A stretch of DNA of 64,000 nucleotides, taken from contig OZ243972.1 of assembly GCA_965214705.1 (NCBI GenBank), positions 2,528,001 to 2,592,000 on the forward strand, in the 5' to 3' direction. The notes below the pieces were generated by a model. It ran no database searches, was not told the DNA's origin, and saw only the letters and a list, made by a program, of their open reading frames with translations. Origin of the DNA: Alphaproteobacteria bacterium. GTDB taxonomy: Bacteria > Pseudomonadota > Alphaproteobacteria > UBA828. Shown in pieces: positions 48,576-57,449 of the stretch. The position numbers and the translations under genes are program-made. Position 1 is the stretch's first letter. Each line of letters starts with the position of its first letter.

Positions 48576-50315
48576 ATGGACATGGTTGCGATGAACATCA
48601 TCGAATCCGCCATGATCGCGATCTGCCGCGAGATGGGCGTCAACGTGCAGAAGACCGCCTATTCCACGGTTTTCTCCGAGGCAGAGGACTTCACCTGCGC
48701 GCTGGCCAACACCGAGGGCGAACTGATCGCGGTGGCCGATTTCTGCCCGGCCCAGATTGGTGGCGTGCCGCTGCTCGTCCGCTCGATGGTGAAAGAAATC
48801 TCGCTCTCCGAGATCGACGAGGGCGACGTCATCGTCCACAACGATCCCTACCGCGGCGGCCTGCACACGCCCGAGCACACCATGTTCAAGCCCTACTTCG
48901 TCGATGGCGAGCTGATGGGCTTCGCCGTTGCCATCGGCCACTTCGTCGAGGTGGGCGGCATGGTGCCGGGCGGCTTTCCCGGCGAGGCCACCGAGATCTT
49001 TCATGAAGGCCTGCGTGTACCCCCGGTCAAGATCAAGAAGCGCGGCGAGGATGTGGTCGAGGTCTGGAAGCTGATGCTCGCGAACGTCCGCACGCCGCGC
49101 CAGAACTACGGTGACATTCGGGCGATGATCTCCGCCGTCGATCTCGGCGAAGCCCGGATGAAGGAGCTAATCGGCAGGTACGGCCGCGAGACCTTCCGCC
49201 GCACCGTCACCGACCTCATGGACTATTCCGAGGCCCGGATGCGCGCCGAGATCCGGGCCTTCCCCGATGGCTGCTACCGCTTCGAGGACGCGCTGGAAGA
49301 CGACGGTATCGAGGACAAGGAGTACACCATCCGCTGCGCGGTCCACGTCCAGGGCGACGAGGTGGTGATCGACTACACCGGCTCATCGCCGCAGGCACTG
49401 GGTCCGATCAATGCCACCCTCGGCGTGGCCTGGTCGGCCTCCTACAACGCGATGTTGCACCTGACCGATCAGACGATCCCGAAGAACTCGGGCTGCTTCC
49501 GTCCGATCCGGGTGATTGCGCCCGCCGGCTCGGTGATGAACGTGGACTATCCGGGCTCCGAGGTCGGCGGTAACACCGAGACCCACCCGGTCATCGTCGC
49601 CACCATCCTGGGCGCGATGGCGCCGGCAGCGCCCGACCGCGTGATGGCCTCGGAGGGCACCACGCACGGCTGCCTGGTCTTCGGCGGCTACGATGCGCGC
49701 AACGACGAGCCCTTCGGTGCCCTGGACATTTCCTACGTCGGCTACGGCGGTCGCAGCTTCGCCGATGGCAACGACGCCACCGATTCCATCAACGGCAACT
49801 GCGCCAACACGCCGGTCGAGGTGTTCGAGACCCGCTTCCCGTGGATCGTCGAGGAGTACGGGCTGTGTCCGGATTCGGGCGGGGCCGGCGCTCATCGCGG
49901 CGGCTTGGGCACGTCCAAGACCATGCTTTGCACCGGCGAGTTGATGATCAGCCAGATGACCAACAAGCACAAGAAGACCGCCTGGGGCCTGAACGGCGGC
50001 GCTGATGGCCTGCCCGGTGCTACGCTGTATCAAGGGGAAGGCGCCAATCGTTGGACCACGGTCGGCGAGGCCTTCGGCAAGGTCTCGACCACCAAGTACT
50101 CGAACGTGCCGATCCGCCCCGGCGAGCGGGTCTCGGTCAAGGTGCCGGGCGGTGGCGGCTATGGCGAGCCGCGCGAGCGCGATCCCCGTGCTGTGGTGGA
50201 GGACGTGCTGGAGGGTTACGTCAGCGCCGAGGCTGCGGCGCGGGACTACGGCTACGATCCGTCCTGGATCGCGCGCTATGGTAAGGATACGCCGCTGCCG
50301 GAGGCGGCTGAATAA
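48576..50315 (+). CDS. Hydantoinase/oxoprolinase subunit B, copy 1
   Basis: AYSTVFSEAEDF, NDPYRGGLH, GHFVEVGG, EGLRVPP, NTPVE, PGGGGYG. Confidence 0.92.
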   Translation: MDMVAMNIIESAMIAICREMGVNVQKTAYSTVFSEAEDFTCALANTEGELIAVADFCPAQIGGVPLLVRSMVKEISLSEIDEGDVIVHNDPYRGGLHTPEHTMFKPYFVDGELMGFAVAIGHFVEVGGMVPGGFPGEATEIFHEGLRVPPVKIKKRGEDVVEVWKLMLANVRTPRQNYGDIRAMISAVDLGEARMKELIGRYGRETFRRTVTDLMDYSEARMRAEIRAFPDGCYRFEDALEDDGIEDKEYTIRCAVHVQGDEVVIDYTGSSPQALGPINATLGVAWSASYNAMLHLTDQTIPKNSGCFRPIRVIAPAGSVMNVDYPGSEVGGNTETHPVIVATILGAMAPAAPDRVMASEGTTHGCLVFGGYDARNDEPFGALDISYVGYGGRSFADGNDATDSINGNCANTPVEVFETRFPWIVEEYGLCPDSGGAGAHRGGLGTSKTMLCTGELMISQMTNKHKKTAWGLNGGADGLPGATLYQGEGANRWTTVGEAFGKVSTTKYSNVPIRPGERVSVKVPGGGGYGEPRERDPRAVVEDVLEGYVSAEAAARDYGYDPSWIARYGKDTPLPEAAE

Positions 50316-50345
50316 CCCGAACGGGGACAGAGAAAGGAACCCGTC

Positions 50346-52085
50346 ATGGACATGGTCACGATGAACATCATCGAATCCGCCATGGTCGCGATTTGTCGCG
50401 AGATGGGCGTCAACGTGCAGAAGACGGCCTACTCCACGATCTTCTCGGAGGCCGAGGACTTCACCTGCGCGCTGGCCAACACCGAAGGAGAGATGATCGC
50501 CGTGGCCGAGTTTTGTCCGGCGCAGATCGGCGGCGTGCCCCTGCTGGTTCGCTCGATGGTGAAGGAGATTTCTCTCTCCGAGATCGACGAGGGCGATGTC
50601 ATCGTCCACAACGACCCCTACCGGGGCGGCCTGCACACGCCCGAGCACACCATGTTCAAGCCAATCTTCGTCGATGGCGAGTTGATGGGCTTCGCCGTCG
50701 CCATCGGCCATTTCGTCGAAGTCGGCGGCATGGTGCCGGGCGGCTTTCCAGGCGAGGCCACAGAGATCTTCCACGAGGGCCTGCGCGTGCCTCCGGTCAA
50801 GATCAAGAAGCGCGGCGAGGACGTGGTCGAGGTCTGGAAGCTGATGCTCGCGAACGTCCGCACGCCGCGTCAGAACTACGGCGACATCAGGGCGATGATC
50901 TCCGCCGTCGATCTCGGCGAAGCGCGGATGAAGGAGCTGATCGGCAAGTACGGACGCGAGACCTTCCAGCGCACCGTCATCGACCTGATGGACTACTCCG
51001 AAGCCCGGATGCGGGCCGAGATCCGGGCCTTCCCTGACGGCTGCTACCGCTTCGAGGACGGGCTGGAAGACGACGGCATAGAGGACAAGGAGTACACCAT
51101 CCGCTGCGCGGTCCACGTCCAGGGCGACGAGGTGGTGATCGACTACACCGGTTCCTCGCCGCAGGCGCTGGGTCCGATCAACGCCACACTTGGCGTGGCC
51201 TGGTCGGCCTCCTACAACGCGATGCTGCACCTGACCGACCAGACGATCCCGAAGAACTCCGGCTGCTTCCGCCCGATCCGGGTGATTGCGCCGGCCGGCT
51301 CCGTGATGAACGTTGACTATCCGGGTTCCGAGGTCGGCGGCAACACCGAGACCCATCCCCTCATCGTCGCCATCATCCTGGGCGCGATGGCGCCGGCGGC
51401 GCCCGATCGCGTGATGGCCTCGGAAGGCACCACCCACGGTTGCTTCGTCTTCGGCGGCTACGATGAGCGCAACGACGAGCCCATCGGCGCCTTCGACTTC
51501 TCCTATGTCGGCTATGGTGGGCGCAGCTTCGCAGACGGCAACGACGCCACGGATTCGATCAACGGCAACTGCGCCAACACGCCGACCGAGGTGTTCGAAA
51601 CCCGCTTCCCGTGGATCGTGGAGGAATATGCGCTGCGCCCGGATTCGGGCGGCGCCGGCGCCCATCGCGGCGGTCTGAGCATCTCCAAGACCATGCTCTG
51701 CACCGGCGATGTGATGATCAGCCAGATGACCAACAAGCATAAGAAGGTGGCCTGGGGTCTGAACGGCGGCGGCGAAGGCATTGCGGGTGCCACGCTCTAT
51801 CAGGAGGAGGGCGCCAATCGCTGGACCACGGTGGGCGAGGCCTTCGGCAAGGTCTCGACCACCAAGTACTCGAACGTACCGATCCGCCCCGGCGAACGGG
51901 TCTCGGTCAAGGCGCCGGGTGGCGGCGGCTACGGCGAGCCCCGCGAGCGCGACCCGCGAGCGGTGGTAGAGGACGTGCTGGAGGGTTACGTCAGCGCCGA
52001 GGCAGCGGCGCGGGACTACGGCTACGAGCCAGCCTGGGTCGCGCGCTACGGGGAGGACGCGCCGCTGCCGGAGGCGGCTGAATAG
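50346..52085 (+). CDS. Hydantoinase/oxoprolinase subunit B, copy 2
   Basis: Same 579-aa length; about 36 substitutions versus copy 1 by manual comparison. Confidence 0.92.
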   Translation: MDMVTMNIIESAMVAICREMGVNVQKTAYSTIFSEAEDFTCALANTEGEMIAVAEFCPAQIGGVPLLVRSMVKEISLSEIDEGDVIVHNDPYRGGLHTPEHTMFKPIFVDGELMGFAVAIGHFVEVGGMVPGGFPGEATEIFHEGLRVPPVKIKKRGEDVVEVWKLMLANVRTPRQNYGDIRAMISAVDLGEARMKELIGKYGRETFQRTVIDLMDYSEARMRAEIRAFPDGCYRFEDGLEDDGIEDKEYTIRCAVHVQGDEVVIDYTGSSPQALGPINATLGVAWSASYNAMLHLTDQTIPKNSGCFRPIRVIAPAGSVMNVDYPGSEVGGNTETHPLIVAIILGAMAPAAPDRVMASEGTTHGCFVFGGYDERNDEPIGAFDFSYVGYGGRSFADGNDATDSINGNCANTPTEVFETRFPWIVEEYALRPDSGGAGAHRGGLSISKTMLCTGDVMISQMTNKHKKVAWGLNGGGEGIAGATLYQEEGANRWTTVGEAFGKVSTTKYSNVPIRPGERVSVKAPGGGGYGEPRERDPRAVVEDVLEGYVSAEAAARDYGYEPAWVARYGEDAPLPEAAE

Positions 52086-52105
52086 CCCGAGCGGGGGCCG
52101 GGGAG

Positions 52106-52723
52106 ATGGCCGCGACCGACGGGGGCGACGAGGCGGCTCAAGCGACCATTACAATCAAGAAGTACGCGAACCGCCGGCTCTACAACACCGCCACCAGCAG
52201 CTATGTGACCCTCGACGACCTCTGCGACATGGTGCGGAACGGCCAGGACTTCGTGGTCCGCGATGCGAAGTCCGGCGACGATATCACCCGCCAGGTGCTG
52301 ACCCAGATCATCGTCGAGCAGGAAGCCAAGGGACAGAACATGCTGCCGCTCAGCTTCCTGCGGCAGCTGATCCAGCTTTACGGCGACAACGTCCAGGCGT
52401 TCGTCCCCCGTTATCTCGAAGTCGCCATGGAGACCTTCGCGCGCAATCAGGGAGACATGCGCAAGCGGATGAACGACAGCTTCGGCGGCATGTTCCCGGT
52501 CGACGAGTTCGAGGCCATGGCCGAGCGCAACATGGCGCTGATGCAGCGCACCATGGAGATGTTCTCGGGCTATCCCGCGGGCGAGCGTCGAGAGGAGCCG
52601 AAGCCCGATGGAGACGGCGACGAGTCGGTCGATGTCGGCGCCGTCCTCGACAGGCTCGACAAGATGCAGGCCCAGCTCGACGCTCTGAGCGGGCGCGGCA
52701 GCAAGGGCGCGGACGACGACTGA
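52106..52723 (+). CDS. phaR: Polyhydroxyalkanoate synthesis repressor PhaR
   Basis: IKKYANRRLYNTATSSYVTL, DAKSGDDITR.VLTQII, FLRQLI..YG. Confidence 0.95.
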   Translation: MAATDGGDEAAQATITIKKYANRRLYNTATSSYVTLDDLCDMVRNGQDFVVRDAKSGDDITRQVLTQIIVEQEAKGQNMLPLSFLRQLIQLYGDNVQAFVPRYLEVAMETFARNQGDMRKRMNDSFGGMFPVDEFEAMAERNMALMQRTMEMFSGYPAGERREEPKPDGDGDESVDVGAVLDRLDKMQAQLDALSGRGSKGADDD

Positions 52724-52839
52724 CCACGCGTGACGCATTCGTGCCACGACCAGCCACACTTGCCTTTGGCCTCGGTTGCTCCGACGGCGTTCGCGCCCGT
52801 ACCATCCCGCCATCGATCACCCGACAGGCGAGGACTGGG

Positions 52840-53343
52840 ATGGTTTCAGCGACGAAGATGACCGCGGCGCTTGTCGCCGGGGCAGCGATACTGGGTGCGG
52901 CGCACATCGCGACGGCCGAGGAGAGCGGCAGCCTCCGCCTCATCCGCACCTACGTGCAGGACTACACCACCATCGAGCACGGCGACGCGCGCTACACCGG
53001 CGGCCCGCTTCAGGGGTCGGTCACCGTCCTTGAGAGCAGCGGCAGCCCGTTCGTCGCGGGCACGCATCAACGGATCACGTGCGTGGTCTTTGCCAAGAGC
53101 ACGGAGGCGGGCATCGATCTCGACGCCCCCTGCACGATGACCGCCCCATCGGGCGACAGGTGGTACATCCACTCGAAACGGCGTTCGGGTACCGTCGAGA
53201 CGGGCGGCGGCGGCCCCGGCACCATGGAGATCCTGGGCGGCACCGGCGTCTACGCCGGCATCAGCGGCACCTGCACCTACGATGTCGGCTATATGCCGGA
53301 CAACTGGGTCGCCATGATCGCGGACTGCACTTGGCAGAAGTAG
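52840..53343 (+). CDS. Hypothetical secreted beta-rich protein
   Basis: Signal-peptide-like N-terminus, four Cys, ILGGTGVYAGISG motif reminiscent of dirigent/allene-oxide-cyclase barrels. Confidence 0.7.
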   Translation: MVSATKMTAALVAGAAILGAAHIATAEESGSLRLIRTYVQDYTTIEHGDARYTGGPLQGSVTVLESSGSPFVAGTHQRITCVVFAKSTEAGIDLDAPCTMTAPSGDRWYIHSKRRSGTVETGGGGPGTMEILGGTGVYAGISGTCTYDVGYMPDNWVAMIADCTWQK

Positions 53344-53381
53344 CGCGGGCCGAGGCGGGCCGGTAGGGAAGGGCTTGAGCG

Positions 53382-53648
53382 ATGGTCGAGCTGGTCGCCT
53401 ATGTCGCGCTCCAGCGTCTGATCGAAGCGGCGGAGGCGGTCGGGGAGAGCCTCATGCCCAACGAGCGCGAGATGCTGCACAGCCTCAAGTCGAAGTACGC
53501 CGCGCCGATGGACGTCGATCCGTTCGACACGACCGCACTCGAAGTCATCCTGCGCAACGTCGAGGTGCGCAAAGGATACGATTTCGATCCGCGCAAGGAC
53601 GGCGGCCGGGTCATCGACCTGCCGCGCACCGGGGACAAGAAGGCGTGA
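53382..53648 (+). CDS. Hypothetical protein (88 aa)
   Basis: Typical codon bias and globular composition; family not recognised. Confidence 0.7.
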   Translation: MVELVAYVALQRLIEAAEAVGESLMPNEREMLHSLKSKYAAPMDVDPFDTTALEVILRNVEVRKGYDFDPRKDGGRVIDLPRTGDKKA

Positions 53649-53743
53649 ACGACGCCTCCCTGGTCATGCTGGAGGGAGACGGGCTAATTTCACTTAGGGA
53701 GTCCCTGGCAACGACAACAATCAGTCGAAAGGACGCTTGAACC

Positions 53744-54319
53744 ATGCTCAAACGCACTCTCGGGGCTGCCCTGGCCGCAACCATCCTGGCTTTCTCGGCA
53801 CCAGCCGCCAAGGCCGCCGACTACACGATCGATTCGGGCCATAGCTTCGTTCAGTTCAAGATCTCCCACGTCGGCGTGTCCTGGATGATCGGCACCTTCG
53901 AGAGGATTTCGGGCAGCTTCACGTTCGATTCGGAGGCAGGGCCGGAGGCTCAGTCGATCACGGTCGAGATCGACACGGCCAGCGTCGATACCAACCACGC
54001 GGAGCGCGACAAGCACCTGCGCTCGGCGGACTTTCTGAACGTCGACGAGTTCCCCATCGCCACCTTCGTCAGCACCGGCTACGAGGGCGATGCCGAGAGC
54101 GGCGTGATGACGGGAGACCTGATGCTCCACGGCGTCACCAAGCCGATCGCCATCGCCGTCAAGAAGGTGGGGGAGGGCAAGGACCCCTGGGGCGGCTATC
54201 GCGCCGGTTTCGAGGGCTCGGTGACAATCACCCGCAAGGATTTCGGCATGGGCTACAACCTGGGGCCCGCGTCCGAATCCATGGAGCTCTTCCTCTTCAT
54301 CGAGGGCACCCGCAACTAG
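53744..54319 (+). CDS. yceI: YceI-family periplasmic lipid-binding protein
   Basis: YTIDSGHS, SVDTNHAERDKHLRSADF, LHGVTK, DPWGGYRAGF. Confidence 0.93.
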   Translation: MLKRTLGAALAATILAFSAPAAKAADYTIDSGHSFVQFKISHVGVSWMIGTFERISGSFTFDSEAGPEAQSITVEIDTASVDTNHAERDKHLRSADFLNVDEFPIATFVSTGYEGDAESGVMTGDLMLHGVTKPIAIAVKKVGEGKDPWGGYRAGFEGSVTITRKDFGMGYNLGPASESMELFLFIEGTRN

Positions 54320-54354
54320 CGCCTGCGGGGTTCCGCCTTCCGTAGGGAGCGGTC

Positions 54355-54933
54355 ATGTGGCGAAGCGGTCGAGACCATTACGGGCTCGTCGCCATCGGCT
54401 TTCACTGGTCCATCGCCATCGTCTTCACGGGCCTCGTCGGGCTCGGCGCCTGGATGGTGGGCCTCACCTATTACGATCCCTGGTACAACGATTCCCTCGC
54501 GCTCCATAAGGCCATCGGAATCGTGGTGCTGGCGCTCGCGCTGGCCAAGTTCGGCTGGAAGCTGGTCGATCGCAAACCCGGCTACGGGCCGGAGGTACGC
54601 GCTTACGAACGCGCCGGCGCCACCGCCACGCACTGGATTCTCAGTGCGCTCCTGGTCGTGCTGCCGGTCACCGGCTACCTGATCTCGACCTCCGAGGGTG
54701 CGGGCATCGACATGTTCGGGCTCTTCGAGGTGCCCGCGTTCTTCGACGTCACGGCCGGGACCCGCGACCTCACCATCGACCTCCACTACTACCTGGCCTA
54801 CGGCGGCATCGCCCTGGTCGGCATCCACGCCATTGCGGCCCTCAAGCACACCTTCATCGACAAGGGATCGACGCTGATCCGCATGCTGATCCCGCGCTCG
54901 CGCTCAGAGCACGTTGATCGGTCCATGAAATAG
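54355..54933 (+). CDS. yceJ: Cytochrome b561 (YceJ-like)
   Basis: YG..AIGFHW, LHKAIG, HW..., LHYYLA, HAIAALKH; adjacent to yceI. Confidence 0.9.
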   Translation: MWRSGRDHYGLVAIGFHWSIAIVFTGLVGLGAWMVGLTYYDPWYNDSLALHKAIGIVVLALALAKFGWKLVDRKPGYGPEVRAYERAGATATHWILSALLVVLPVTGYLISTSEGAGIDMFGLFEVPAFFDVTAGTRDLTIDLHYYLAYGGIALVGIHAIAALKHTFIDKGSTLIRMLIPRSRSEHVDRSMK

Positions 54934-55034
54934 AGTGGCGTTAGCCTGTAATTGCCGGCAGGGTCGTCATCGGCACGGCGCACCCATGACTGCCCGCCGG
55001 CCGACCACGCGCTGACGAGTACGACGGGCTTCCG

Positions 55035-55673
55035 ATGACCGAATTCCCGCATTCGCTGCTGCACGGCTACCAATCGTTCAAGAACGACCGCTACGCCCGG
55101 GAGCACGCCCGCTACCGCTCGCTCGCCGAGGACGGGCAGAAACCCGAGGTCATGATCGTCGCCTGCTGCGACTCCCGGTCGGCGCCGGAGACCATCTTCA
55201 ACGCGGCACCGGGCGAGATCTTCGTCGTCCGCAATGTCGCCAATCTGGTGCCGCCTTATGAGCCGGACGGCGCCTACGACAGTACCTCGGCCGCGCTCGA
55301 GTTCGCCGTGCAGAGCCTGAAGGTCCGGCACATCGTGGTGCTCGGCCATGGGCGCTGCGGCGGTATCAGTGCGGTCCTGCATCCGGCGGCGGAACCGCTC
55401 TCTCCGGGCGATTTCATCGGTAAGTGGATGAAGCTGCTCGGCCCCGCCGCAAGCGAGATCGAAGCCGGCGGCCCGATGTCCGATGCCGAGCGGCAAACCG
55501 CTCTTGAGCGCGCTTCCATCCGTCACTCGATCGCGAACCTTCGGACGTTCCCGTGCGTCTCGATCCTGGAGGACCGGAACCGTCTCAGCCTGCATGGTGC
55601 CTGGTTCGACATCGCCCACGGTGAACTCTGGACCATGAACCCGGCCACCGGAGACTTCTCCAAGGCCATGTAG
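55035..55673 (+). CDS. Beta carbonic anhydrase
   Basis: GQKP, CCDSR, FVVRNVAN, LEFAV, GHGRCGG. Confidence 0.95.
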   Translation: MTEFPHSLLHGYQSFKNDRYAREHARYRSLAEDGQKPEVMIVACCDSRSAPETIFNAAPGEIFVVRNVANLVPPYEPDGAYDSTSAALEFAVQSLKVRHIVVLGHGRCGGISAVLHPAAEPLSPGDFIGKWMKLLGPAASEIEAGGPMSDAERQTALERASIRHSIANLRTFPCVSILEDRNRLSLHGAWFDIAHGELWTMNPATGDFSKAM

Positions 55674-55706
55674 CGCCCGCGAGAGCGCAAACAGGAAGAG
55701 GAACCT

Positions 55707-56183
55707 ATGCTGCTGGAAGGCTCGTGCCACTGCCGCGCGGTGCGGTTTTCGCTCCGGTCGAGGACGCCGCTTCCATACATGCATTGCTACTGCTCGATCT
55801 GCCGGAAGACCGCTGGTGGTGGCGGCTACGCCATCAATCTCGGCGGCGAGGCGGAGACGCTGAGCGTCACGGGCAAGCGCTCGCTGAAGGTCTATCGGGC
55901 GCGGCTCGAGGACGATAGCGAGAGCCCGGCGGAGCGGCGCTTCTGCGGCCGCTGCGGCAGCGCGCTCTGGGTCTGGGACCCGCGCTGGCCGGAGCTGATC
56001 CATCCCTTCGCGTCGGCCATCGACACGCCGCTGCCGGTACTGCCCGAGCGCTGCCATATCATGGTGGACTACGCGCCGGGCTGGGTCAGGATTCCGTCGG
56101 GCAAGCGGGACCCGCACTTTCCCGAGTACCCGGACCAGTCGATCGAGGACTGGCACCGCAGCCGCGACCTCCTCGGCCCATGA
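55707..56183 (+). CDS. GFA/CENP-V family protein
   Basis: GSCHC, CYCSICRK, RFCGRCGS. Confidence 0.9.
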   Translation: MLLEGSCHCRAVRFSLRSRTPLPYMHCYCSICRKTAGGGGYAINLGGEAETLSVTGKRSLKVYRARLEDDSESPAERRFCGRCGSALWVWDPRWPELIHPFASAIDTPLPVLPERCHIMVDYAPGWVRIPSGKRDPHFPEYPDQSIEDWHRSRDLLGP

Positions 56184-56232
56184 TGTGGGCACTACCGAAC
56201 GACGACTCACTGGCAGCAAAGAAAGGGCGATC

Positions 56233-57084
56233 ATGGCATCGCAGGGAACGAACGGCGGCACCGTCAAGGCGCTCTGGCGCTATCCGATCAAGTCCATGGC
56301 CGGCACCAAGCTTGACGAGGCGTTGATCACCGAGGGCGGCATCCTGGGCGACCGGGGCTATGCCGTGATCGACAAGGCCAGCGGCCGGGTGGGGAGCGCC
56401 AAGACGCCCAAGAAGTGGGCCGGTCTGATGGCGCTTGCCGCCGATTTCGTCGAGCCGCCGAAGCTCGGCGAAGTGCTCCCCCCGGTAAGCATCGTCTGGC
56501 CCGACGGCACAGCGATTTCGAGCGACGGCGGCGACCCCGATGCGCGCCTTTCCGAGACCCTGGGACGGCCGGTCACGCTCACGACGGAGCGCCCGGAGGC
56601 GCCCAGCCTCGAACGCCTCGACCCGCTCGCCGCCGATGAGGTCATCGTCGATATAGGTGAGCTGATGATGGCCGGCCGGTTCTCCGACTACGCGGCGCTG
56701 CATCTGATCACCACGGCGACGATGGCGCGCCTTGCCGAGCTCCGCCCCGACTCCCAGTTCAGTGCCCGCCGCTTTCGCCCCAATGTGACGATCGCGACTC
56801 CCGACGGCCAGACGGGTTTCGTCGAGAACGACTGGGTCGGCCGCGAGCTCACCATCGGCGACGAGGTGCGGCTCCGCATCTCCGACCCGACGCCGCGCTG
56901 CTCCGTGCCCACGCTGGCGCAGGAGAGCTTGGAGAAGGACCCGCAAGTTCTCCGCGCCCTGGTCGAGCACAACACGCTCCCCGTCCCCGTGCTGGACGGC
57001 GAGACGCTTCCCTGCGCGGGTGTCTACGGCTTCGTCATCCAGGGCGGCACGGTGAAGAGAGGCGATAAGGTGCGGGTCGTCTAG
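56233..57084 (+). CDS. MOSC domain protein
   Basis: LWRYPIKSM, GDRGYA, RRFRPN, PRC. Confidence 0.9.
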   Translation: MASQGTNGGTVKALWRYPIKSMAGTKLDEALITEGGILGDRGYAVIDKASGRVGSAKTPKKWAGLMALAADFVEPPKLGEVLPPVSIVWPDGTAISSDGGDPDARLSETLGRPVTLTTERPEAPSLERLDPLAADEVIVDIGELMMAGRFSDYAALHLITTATMARLAELRPDSQFSARRFRPNVTIATPDGQTGFVENDWVGRELTIGDEVRLRISDPTPRCSVPTLAQESLEKDPQVLRALVEHNTLPVPVLDGETLPCAGVYGFVIQGGTVKRGDKVRVV

Positions 57085-57350
57085 CCCGCATTTCTCACCA
57101 TGGTCACGGCCTGCGTCGCGCACTAGGCGTTCGATCCGCCAGGAGCGGGCCGAAAAGCGTATCGGGGAATACGGTTGAGGCCCGCAACGCCGCGGGCGGG
57201 CGCCTGGGCGCGACCCGAAGGGCGGCGCCTTCAGGGCGACAGGGTGCGTCGCGCCGTTTGCCCGATGTGCCCGCATCGCGCTGCACGGCGCTCCTGCCCT
57301 CTCGCCCTGAATGCGCCGCGCAGACCATGACCATGGTGAGATATGCGGGC
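57084..57350. mobile_element. MITE-like element (267 bp) with terminal inverted repeats
   Basis: GCCCGCATTTCTCACCATGGTCA (57084-57106) and TGACCATGGTGAGATATGCGGGC (57328-57350), 22/23 match; internal stem TTCAGGGCGA/TCGCCCTGAA. Confidence 0.75.
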
Positions 57351-57449
57351 AAGGGTACGCGGCGTCACGCGTCCAGACGCGACGCTGGGCACATCGTGGC
57401 GTGCAAACCCGAGAGAGGAGGGGAGGCGGGTATTCCCGCGCGGCGCCCG

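Larger units (their letters stand above)
48562..52101 (+). repeat. Tandem gene duplication, period 1770 bp
   Basis: GAAAGGAACC(G/C)GTCATGGACATGG at 48562 and 50332; matching 3' ends GAGGCGGCTGAATA(A/G)CCCGA. Confidence 0.92.

Noticed and set aside
49383-51740. 785-aa minus-strand ORF with an internal repeat
   Set aside because: Antisense to the duplicated hyuB genes; the repeat just mirrors the duplication
46070-52085. Shared C-terminal EAAE on three hydantoinase proteins (LAAE on the PKS) as a special targeting tag
   Set aside because: AAE endings are common in alphaproteobacterial proteins and two of the cases come from one duplication
55035-55673. Carbonic anhydrase as bicarbonate supplier for the hydantoinase-like cluster
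   Set aside because: Separated by five unrelated genes; common housekeeping enzyme
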